A stretch of 11,742 nucleotides of DNA from contig JBGPXN010000146.1 of the NCBI GenBank assembly GCA_041492755.1, positions 1 to 11,742 on the forward strand. The letters run 5' to 3'. A model generated the notes under the pieces. That model saw only the letters and a program-made list of their open reading frames with translations. It was not told where the DNA came from and did no database searches. The stretch's first letter is position 1, and the number at the start of each line of letters is the position of its first letter. Shown here piece after piece: positions 1-7,300 of the stretch. A program made the translations under genes and the position numbers. This DNA comes from Candidatus Methylomirabilia bacterium. GTDB lineage: Bacteria; Methylomirabilota; Methylomirabilia; Rokubacteriales; CSP1-6.

Positions 1-1067
1 AGCCGGAACGCGGCGCGGGCGCGCGCGTGGGCCGGCTGATCGGTCCGCATGGTGTCGGGGTTCACGCCGCGCAGCACCGCCGTATGGTACGTGAAGAGCT
101 GGCACGGCACCACGGCGAGGATGGGGGAGAGCCACTCGTCGATTTCGGGGAGGGCGATGGTCTCGCTCGCCAGTGAGCTCAGCTCGCGGTCGTCTTCGCG
201 GCCGAGCGCGATGACGGCCGCGCCGATCTCGCGGGCCGCGCGTGCGACGGCCACGCCCCGGTCGCGCGAGGGGCCGGGGGGCGCGATGACGAAGACGGCG
301 TCCTCGGCGTCCACGCCCGCCCACGCGCCGTGCAGGAACTGCTCGCAGTTCATGCCCTCGGCGCTCACGTGCGCCGCCTCCTTCATCTTCAGCGCCGCTT
401 CGTAGGCGGTCGCGGTGTTGGGCCCGCCGCCGACGAACCAGTAGCGACGGCGGTCGCCGAAGCGCGCGGCCAGCTCGTCCCACGATTCCTGTCCGAGCAG
501 CATGGCCAGCGCATCCGGGATCGCGTCGATCGCGTGCGCCATCTCCTCGTTGCCGCCGACCGCGGCCGCCAACGCGCCGAGAACGGCGAGCGCGCACGTG
601 TAGCTGACCGTGTGGGCCAGCGAGGGTTCCTGGTCCACCGTCCGCAGCGTGTACGCAGCGGCCAGCCGCGGCGCGCCCTTGCCGGTGATGGCGACGCTCC
701 CGCCGCCGCCGTCGCCGGCGAGGGCGAGCGCTTCGCGCGTGAAGCGATGGCCGCCGCTGTGACTCACGACCACGAGCCCGCTCCGCGGCGGCGGCCAGTA
801 GCTCACCAGCTCGAACGACAGGTACGCGCGCGCCCGATGCCCGCGGCCGCCGGCGTGGGCGAAGAGCAGCTCCCCGGCCAGGCACGCGTGCCAGGACGAG
901 CCGATGCCGGCGAGCATGACGTGATCGGTGTCGCGCAGGCGCGCGACCGCGCCGGCCAGGGCGTCTTCGTTGCCGCGCATGACCAGGCGGAGGGCGCCCG
1001 GCTGCGCGTAGATCGCGTCGTGCATGTAATAGGGATGACCCGGGCGCGGCGGCGGCGATGCTGACAT
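1..1067 (-). CDS. Tandem SIS-domain sugar-phosphate isomerase/deaminase (GlmS C-terminal/FrlB/GlmD-like); runs off the window at its 3' end
   Basis: Absent from the ORF track because there is no stop in the window. Manual translation from ATG at 1067: MSASPPPRPGHPYYMHDAIYAQPGAL...HVMLAGIGSSWHA...VVVSHSGG...AHTVSYT...WFVGGGPNTATAYEAALKMKEAAH...EQFLHGA...PCQLFTYHTAVLRGVNPDTMR... These match the GlmS isomerase-domain motifs (HFMxxEIxEQP, GxGSS, SxSG, EAALKxKE, ExxHG, GxNPD). No N-terminal glutaminase domain. Confidence 0.9.
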   Translation of the reverse strand, partial: MSASPPPRPGHPYYMHDAIYAQPGALRLVMRGNEDALAGAVARLRDTDHVMLAGIGSSWHACLAGELLFAHAGGRGHRARAYLSFELVSYWPPPRSGLVVVSHSGGHRFTREALALAGDGGGGSVAITGKGAPRLAAAYTLRTVDQEPSLAHTVSYTCALAVLGALAAAVGGNEEMAHAIDAIPDALAMLLGQESWDELAARFGDRRRYWFVGGGPNTATAYEAALKMKEAAHVSAEGMNCEQFLHGAWAGVDAEDAVFVIAPPGPSRDRGVAVARAAREIGAAVIALGREDDRELSSLASETIALPEIDEWLSPILAVVPCQLFTYHTAVLRGVNPDTMRTDQPAHARARAAFR

Positions 1068-1093
1068 CGGGGACGGTTGGACGGAGCGAGCGG

Positions 1094-1486
1094 TCAGGCC
1101 CCGCAGCCCGTGCGGGGCGCTCCCGGGGCCTTGCGCGGCACGAGCGTGCAGGCGAAGGTCGCCGGCTGCTTCCGGTACGCGTCGAGTGTCGCCTGCAGGC
1201 GCGCGAGCGTGCGCTCGCGGCGCGACAGCCCGAGGCCGTAGATCGCCAGATCGTTCACCAGCCGCACGTAGAACTGCTGCGGCGCGTCGCCACCGGTCCC
1301 CATGCAGGGCGTCGGCTTGCTGGCCAGGCGGAGCTGCGGACCGAAGACGCCGACGTAGTCGGCGAGCAGGGGCTCGTCTTTCAGATCACGCGGCACCTCC
1401 GGGAAGCGGGCAAAGAATTCCTCGACCGACATGGCGCCGGTGATGGCCCGGCAGTCGTCGAGATCGCGGCTGAGTCGGATCTGCAT
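1094..1486 (-). CDS. Hypothetical protein, 130 aa, 4 Cys
   Basis: ORF with GC3-biased codons and globular-looking sequence. GGAGG Shine-Dalgarno 9 nt upstream of the ATG at 1486, and TATAAT further upstream. Ends 26 bp before the SIS gene start on the same strand. Confidence 0.8.
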   Translation of the reverse strand: MQIRLSRDLDDCRAITGAMSVEEFFARFPEVPRDLKDEPLLADYVGVFGPQLRLASKPTPCMGTGGDAPQQFYVRLVNDLAIYGLGLSRRERTLARLQATLDAYRKQPATFACTLVPRKAPGAPRTGCGA

Positions 1487-1495
1487 GGTGCGCTG

Positions 1496-1520
1496 CCTCC
1501 TAGTCTTGCGCCCGATTATA
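1496..1520 (-). promoter_or_regulatory. Putative sigma70-type -10 box (TATAAT, 1515-1520) and RBS (GGAGG, 1496-1500) for the hypothetical/SIS unit
   Basis: Minus strand reads cgcgcTATAATcgggcgcaagactaGGAGGcagcgcaccATG. A perfect TATAAT is rare in such GC-rich DNA. No consensus -35 at 17 bp. Confidence 0.65.
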
Positions 1521-1573
1521 GCGCGCCGTCCTGGCGGCTCGGCCGCGCCGTCGCGGCGGGGGCTCAGAGCCTC

Positions 1574-1745
1574 TGAGGGAATTCGAGGAGCGCCCCGGGT
1601 TTCCCGGGGCGCGTCCGAGCGATGGGGGGAAGGGGGGCCATGTCGGGGCCTCGAACGTTGAGGGGGGATCGAGGGGCGCCCCGGCTTGGCCGGGGTGCCC
1701 CGAGCGATGGGGGGGTATGGGGGGCCATGTCGGGGCCCCCCATGT
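1574..1745. repeat. Two-copy (~85 bp period) imperfect tandem repeat built from GC-rich hairpins (REP-like)
   Basis: Unit 1 is 1574-1658 and unit 2 is 1659-1745. They share tcgagg.gcgccccgg...ccgggg.gc..ccgagcgatggggg...ggggggccatgtcggggcc. Hairpins at 1590-1612, 1673-1701 and 1717-1743. Confidence 0.85.
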
Positions 1746-1747
1746 AC

Positions 1748-2905
1748 TCACTCGCGCGCCTCCGGGTGCCGCCACAACAGCACGCCGAGCACCGCGAGCG
1801 TCGCCGCCGCGAGCGCCGGCAGCGCGCCCGCCGCGCGCCCGACGAGGACGCCGCTGAGCGACGGGCCGAGGAAGAGCCCGGCGTCCACGCCGACGCGGTA
1901 GAGCGCGGTCCGCCACGCCACCTGCTCCGGCGGCGTCGCGGTGCGCAGCACGGAGAGCGGCAGCATCCAGCCCGCCATCCCGAGCCCGAACAGCGCGCAG
2001 CCGGCGACCATTCCGGGAAAGCCGAAGAACGCGACGAGGGTGGTGGCGGCAGCGAGGACCAGCAGCACCAGGCAGAGGATGCGCTGGGCGCCGCGGCGAT
2101 CGGACAGGAGGCCGACCGGCAACAGGAACACGACGTCGACGGCCTGGCTGAGCATCAGCAGCCGCGCCACGCCGCTTCGATCCAGACCGAACTCGCGGCT
2201 GCCCCGCAGCGGGACCATGAACTGCTCCACCGTGGAGTACGCGACCGCGATCGCCGTTCCCGCGATGAACGAGAGGACGACGAGCGGGGGAACGCGTCCG
2301 CGCGCGGCCGTGCGGGGGCCGGCGCTGCGGGCGAACAGCGGGGCGGCGGTGCTCGCGTGCGAGTCCCGGGGCAGCGCGCGCAGCAGCAGCGGCAACACGA
2401 GCACGCCGATCAGGAGCGGCGTGCAGGTGACGAGGAGGGCCTGGTTCCAGGGCAGCTTCTCGGAGAGCGCGCCCAGCAGCGAGACGCCGCCCAGCATCCC
2501 GATCATCGCGGAGAATTCGAAGGCGTTCAGGGCCGCGCCGGCCCGGCGGCCGTAGAGTCGCAGCACCGTGCTGAGAGCGGCCACCATGGCCAGGGAGTGG
2601 CCGAAGCCCATGAGGACCCGACCGAGCACCAGGACGTAGACGGGACCTCCCGTGCCCAAACACAGGACGCCGGCGATGATCGCGATCGGGGCGATGACGA
2701 GGGCCCGGCGCAGGTGGTGGGTGATGAACAGACCGACGGGCACGTCGGAGAGCATCCGCGCGAACGCAAACGCACCCGTCACCACGCCGAGCTGCCAGTC
2801 CGGCAGCCCGGCCACGCGACCGAGCTCGGGCAGCACGACCGGGAACGAGCCGATGGAGAACGTGTTGCCGAAGATCGTGACGCAGAGAAGGACGATCAGA
2901 TACAT
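1748..2905 (-). CDS. MFS transporter
   Basis: 385 aa with about 12 hydrophobic helices. MFS motif A in the C-half (GLLSDRRGAQR), GRVLMGFG in TM4, and DAGLFLGPSLSG in TM11. Confidence 0.9.
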   Translation of the reverse strand: MYLIVLLCVTIFGNTFSIGSFPVVLPELGRVAGLPDWQLGVVTGAFAFARMLSDVPVGLFITHHLRRALVIAPIAIIAGVLCLGTGGPVYVLVLGRVLMGFGHSLAMVAALSTVLRLYGRRAGAALNAFEFSAMIGMLGGVSLLGALSEKLPWNQALLVTCTPLLIGVLVLPLLLRALPRDSHASTAAPLFARSAGPRTAARGRVPPLVVLSFIAGTAIAVAYSTVEQFMVPLRGSREFGLDRSGVARLLMLSQAVDVVFLLPVGLLSDRRGAQRILCLVLLVLAAATTLVAFFGFPGMVAGCALFGLGMAGWMLPLSVLRTATPPEQVAWRTALYRVGVDAGLFLGPSLSGVLVGRAAGALPALAAATLAVLGVLLWRHPEARE

Positions 2906-2923
2906 TTACGGGCGACTCGGAGC

Positions 2924-3280
2924 ATGAGCGTGGACGTCATCAACATCGGGCCGAACGAGACGCGCCGCCGCCGGCTGATCGGGATCGTCATGCTCGTGGT
3001 CGGCGTGGCGGCCGCGGTGTTCTTCGTCGTCGCCGGCGTCGGCCGTCCGTGGCGACTCCTGCTCTTCCTCCCGTTCTGGATGGCCGGATTCGGTCTCCTC
3101 CAGGCGCGCGCCAAGACCTGAGTGCGGCTCGCCGCGCGCGGGACGCGCAACATGGATCGGGGGGAGGAGCGGATCGAGGACACGGCGCTGGTGGAACGGC
3201 TGCGGAGCCAGGGCCGGAAGGTGACGGTTCAGTCCGCGCTCGTGGCCGTCCTGCCGACCGCGGTCACCTTGATGCTCTGA
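2924..3280 (+). CDS. Small membrane protein (118 aa) with in-frame TGA at 3119-3121; candidate selenoprotein
   Basis: ATG at 2924 gives MSVDVINIGPNETRRRRLIGIVMLVVG...WRLLLFLPFWMAGFGLLQARAKT-TGA-VRLAARGTRNMDRGEERIEDTALVERLRSQGRKVTVQSALVAVLPTAVTLML-TGA(3278-3280). The frame continues for 52 protein-like codons ending in a third hydrophobic helix, filling the gap to the convergent ku stop. Confidence 0.72.
3134..3148 (+). promoter_or_regulatory. Putative bacterial SECIS-like stem-loop
   Basis: GCGCG-CGGGA-CGCGC (or GCGCG-GGA-CGCGC in the alternative register) starts 13 nt after the TGA, with G in the apical loop about 18-20 nt downstream. Short GC stems are common in this DNA, so support is positional. 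Confidence 0.45.
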
Positions 3281-3311
3281 AGTCGACCAGCCCGGGGGAA
3301 GCGAGCGCCGC

Positions 3312-4190
3312 TTACTTCTTCCCGCCCTGAGCGCGCCTGGCGGGCGCCGCCGCCGCCGGCTTGGCCTTGGCCAGCGGTTTCTTGTCGGCGGCGGTCGCGG
3401 TGGCTGGTGGCGCCGCCGGGCGCTTGCCGAGGCTGGCCTTGAGCGCATCCATCAGATCGACGACCTGCGCGCGCTTGGCCTCGGGCCCCGCCGGCGCGGC
3501 CTCCCGGCCTTCCACCTTGGAGTTGAGGAAGTCGAGCACGCGCTGCCGGTACTGGTCCTGGTAGCGCGCGGGCTTGAAGTCGTCGGCGGAGAGGCCGTCG
3601 ATGAGCTGCTGGGCCAGCGCGATCTCGTTGTCGCGGATCTTGGCCGAGCCGCCCTTGTCCACGTCGGCGAAGCTGCGGATCTCGTCGGCGAAGTACATCG
3701 TGTGCAGCATCAGCCCGTCCTGGGCGGCGCGCAGGAGCACGAGGCTTTCCTTGCCGCGCATGACGAACGTGGCCAGCGCGACCCGCCCCGACTTCGCCAT
3801 GGCGTCGGCCAGCAGCCGATACGGCTTGTCGCCGCCCTTGTCCGGCCCGAGGTAGTACGTCTTCTCGAAGTAGATGGGGTCGACCTTGGCGAGCGGGACG
3901 AACTCCTCGATGTCGATGGTCTTCGAGGCTTCGCCTTCGAGCGTCTTCAGCTCGTCGTCGGTGACGCGCACGTACTGATCGCGCGCGAACTCGTAGCCCT
4001 TCACCAGCCCCGCGCGCTCGACCACCTCGTTGCACTGCGGGCAGATCTGCTGCTGCTTGATGCGCGAGCCGCACTTGGCGTGCAACATGTTGAACGCGAC
4101 GTTGCCCGACGACGCGGCGGTGTAGAGCCTGACCGGAATCGACACCAGCCCGAAGGAGATCGTCCCCGACCCCAGCGAATGCGGTGGCAT
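3312..4190 (-). CDS. ku: Non-homologous end joining protein Ku
   Basis: From ATG 4190 (292 aa): GTISFGLVSIPVRLY, LVKGYE, TIDIEEFV...VDPIYFEKTYYLGP, YRLLADAM, QVVDLMDALKASL, then a basic Ala/Lys tail. The ORF track's upstream 29 aa look like a spurious extension. Confidence 0.96.
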   Translation of the reverse strand: MPPHSLGSGTISFGLVSIPVRLYTAASSGNVAFNMLHAKCGSRIKQQQICPQCNEVVERAGLVKGYEFARDQYVRVTDDELKTLEGEASKTIDIEEFVPLAKVDPIYFEKTYYLGPDKGGDKPYRLLADAMAKSGRVALATFVMRGKESLVLLRAAQDGLMLHTMYFADEIRSFADVDKGGSAKIRDNEIALAQQLIDGLSADDFKPARYQDQYRQRVLDFLNSKVEGREAAPAGPEAKRAQVVDLMDALKASLGKRPAAPPATATAADKKPLAKAKPAAAAPARRAQGGKK

Positions 4191-4197
4191 GCGGGAA

Positions 4198-4206
4198 ACG
4201 ATATCA
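4198..4206 (-). promoter_or_regulatory. Putative extended -10 promoter giving a leaderless ku transcript
   Basis: Minus strand reads TGaTATCGT-ttcccgc-ATG: TGn plus a TANNNT box 7 nt from the start codon, with no Shine-Dalgarno. Confidence 0.5.
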
Positions 4207-4252
4207 CGGCGGGCGCCGCGCTGGCGCGCCTCGCGACGGCGCAACCGATAGG

Positions 4253-4278
4253 GGTGGCCGGCGCCGACCGTGGCCACC
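4253..4278. terminator. GC-rich inverted repeat downstream of the large repeat-protein gene; possible terminator
   Basis: ggtggcc (4253-4259) pairs with ggccacc (4272-4278), about 30 bp after the stop at 4309. No U-tract. Confidence 0.3.
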
Positions 4279-4308
4279 GGTCGCGCTTCGGATGCGGCGG
4301 CGCGTGCG

Positions 4309-7300
4309 TCAGGCGAGCAGGTCGAGCCCGAGCGAGGATTGGGGGCGGTCGGCGCTGCGAGTCGTGGCGCGGGCGTCGTCGGCGATCGAGCCCGACAGCA
4401 GCTGTAACATGTGCACGGCTTGAAGCCGGCGCGACTGCATGCCGAGGCTGGCGACGAGCTTCGTCGCTTCTGTCTGGCGAACGTCGGGCACCCCGCGGGT
4501 GGGTTCGGTGGTCACCGTCGCCGGCTGCGCGACCGCTCGATCGTAGGCATCGCGCGCGGCGTCCACCACCGCCGGCAATCCGTGGGTGGCGCTGAGGAAG
4601 TCGTCGAGCGTGGTGGGATCGCTCGCGAGCGCCCTGGTGAGCGCGTTGGCGTCGACCAGCAGGCGCGCCGCGGAGCCGGTCTGCGACAGCGAGAGCCCGC
4701 TGGCCGACCCGCCGGGCAGCGTCGCCACCGCGTTGCCCAGCGCGTTCAGGACCGCATCCCGAATGCGCGGCGACCCGTTGGCGGCACGGTCGAGCGTGTC
4801 GAGCGCAGCGTTGACGCTGCCCACGACGTCCGCCACCCCGGTCGCCGCGACGGCCGACTCGTCCAACGCCTGCCTCCATGTGCGGGACGGAATTGCCGGC
4901 GCCTTGCCCTGGACCCGGCCGTTCGTGACGCCGAGGGCCGCGAGCAATCCCGTACCGTCGGAGATCTGAAGCTCGCCGCCGGTACGCTCGGACTGCAGCG
5001 TGACCCGCCCGGAATTGGCGTCGAGGGTCGCGGCGACACCACTCACGGCGTTGATCGCGGTGACGATTCCGGATAGCGTGTCGGCGCCCGGGTCGATCGT
5101 GATCGAGACGCCATTGATCGTGAGCGCGCCGCCGGTCACGCCCGCAAACGCCGCGTGGCTCGCCAGCGGGCTGTCGAGGGTCGAGGTGCCGGCCGTGCTG
5201 GTGGCGGTGCCGTCGAGCTTCACCGCGGCCAGGAACCCCGACGTGTCGTCGCCGACGGCGATCGGTGCCGACCCCGCCGCCTTCGCCGTGAGACGCACCG
5301 TCTCCGTGGGCGCATCGAACGTCGCCGTGACGCCCGCCGCCGCCGCGGTGATCCTCGCGAGCACCGCGCTCAGCGTGTCGCTGGCGGCCACGGCGATGGT
5401 GACGCCGTTCACCTTGAAGGACCCGGCGGTCACGTTCTGGCCGGGATCGAGCAGCGGCGAGCTCGCGTTGGTCTGGTTGAACGCCCCGTCCGGGTTCACC
5501 CGCGTGCCCGTGGCGCCCTGCGACACCGCGGCGGCCGCGAGGAAGCCGCTGGTGTCCTGGTCCACGACGAGTGTCGCCCCGGCCGTGGCCGGCGTGAAAA
5601 CGACCTTGCTCTGCGCAGCGTCATAGCTGGCGGAGACGCCGGCGCCCGCGTCGTTGATCCGGGCCACGACCGATTGCAGGGTGTCGGTGCCCGCGGTGAC
5701 GGCGATGACTCGACCGTTGACGCTGAAGCTCCCGTTCGCCACGCCGGCGAACCGCGCGGTCTTCGTCAGGACCTGCTGGTCGTCGGCGATGTTGCCCTGG
5801 ACGGTCGTTGCCGCCGCCAGCTTCACCGCGGACAGGAATCCCGTGGTGTCGTTGGCGGCGACGATGTCGTCCTCGGAGCTCGACGTGGTCTCGAGCTTCA
5901 GCGTGTCGGTGGCGCTGTCGTAGGTGGCGGTGACGCCGGCGCCGGCGGCATTGATCCGCGTGACGAGGGCTTGCAGCGTGTCGGCGGCCGGGTCGAGCGC
6001 GACGGCAACGCCGTTGATGGTGAAGGAGCCCGCCGTCACGCCCGAGAAGCGGCTGACGCCGGTGAGCGCCTGCACGTCGTCGTGGATGTTGCCTCGCACC
6101 GTGTTGCCGGTGGCCAGCTTCGCGGCGGTGAGGAAGCCGGAGGTGTCGCCGCCCACGACGACGTCGTCCTCCGAGCTCGCCGAGCTGGTTAGCCGCAGCC
6201 GGTCGCTCACGGTGTCGTAGCTCGCGCTGACGCCGGCGTTCGAGCTGTTGATGCGGGTGATGAGGGTCTGCAGTGAGTCGGCGACCGGATCGACGGAAAT
6301 GCTGACGCCGTTCAGGGTGAAGGCGCCGGCGGTCAGCGTGCCGAACTGCGCGGTCTTGCTCAGCACCTGGCGGTCGTCGCGCACGTTGCCCTTGACGGTG
6401 GTGGCCGTGGTGAGATTGAGCGCGGTGAGGAAGCCCGAGGTGTCGCCGCCGAGCACGATGTCGTCCTCGGACGGGTTCACCGACTGGATCGTCACCTTGT
6501 CGCCGCTGAATGACGCGGTGACGCCGGACACCGTGCTGTCGATGCGGGCGAGCACGCTGTCGATCGAGTCGTTGGCCGCCACGCTGACGCTGGTGCCGTT
6601 CACCGTGAACGAGCCGGCCGTGACCGGCCGGTTGTCGTCGAAGCGGGGCCGGAGGTTGACGTCGGCGTCGTTGAACGCCCCGGTGGCGTCCACCGTGGTC
6701 GGCGTGGTCCGGCTCACCGCGAAGGTCGTCGTCGCCTGGTTGAGGATCGAGCCGGCCGTGAAGGCGATCGAGAGGCCGATGTCCGCGCCCAGGCTCAGCG
6801 TCTGTCCGGTCGTGAGGAAGCCTGAGTAGGTCCCGAGGTTCGTCCCGGTCTGGTCGGTCGCCTTGACCGAGACGAGCGTCGGGACGCTCCCGATGGTGCC
6901 GTTGAGCGAGGTGATCTCCAGCGTCAGCGAGGTGGCGTTGGCGGCGGCGCCCGTGCCGGCGTACGTGCCGCTGAGGTTCCCGAGGCTGCCTTGGGTGGCC
7001 GCGCCCTTGCGGAAGGTCGCCTGTACGACCCCGTACGACGTCGCCATGGTGTTGGCTTCCGCCGTGCTCGTGATCGTCGAAGCGGTCTCCGCCGACGCGA
7101 CGTCGAGTCCCAGGGTGGCGCTCGATTGCAACACGGACGCCTGCTCGGCGGAGGTGACGTCGAGGCCGATCGCCCCCGTGGACGACAATCGCGACGGCGC
7201 CGCGGCACTGGTCGTGTCGAGTCCGAGCGCCTGGCTCGACGCGCGGACCGTCGACGTCTGCTCGTTGACCTCGCGGGTGGCCCGCAGCGTCCAGGCGGTT

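Noticed and set aside
49..1576. + strand ORFs 49..405, 330..1064 and 1058..1576
   Set aside because: Antisense shadows of the SIS and hypothetical genes. Stop-poor frames are expected at this GC content.
1574..1745. Possible mini CRISPR array
   Set aside because: Only two imperfect units, no unique spacers between identical repeats, and no cas genes.
1622..2923. 499-aa + strand ORF (1622..3121)
   Set aside because: The Arg/Glu/His-rich portion is the antisense shadow of the MFS gene. Only the part from ATG 2924 looks like real protein.
3122..3280. Independent small ORF starting at GTG 3122 or ATG 3152
   Set aside because: No Shine-Dalgarno, and it is exactly in frame with the upstream ORF. 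Read-through or a nonsense mutation is more parsimonious, though not proven.
4225..4251. Sigma28-like -10 (ccgata) near 4245, and a possible sigma28 promoter upstream of the FliD-like gene (7590-7650)
   Set aside because: No matching TAAA/TCAAG -35 at the proper spacing, and the 4245 site points antisense into the large gene. The upstream region is AT-richer but gives no convincing consensus.
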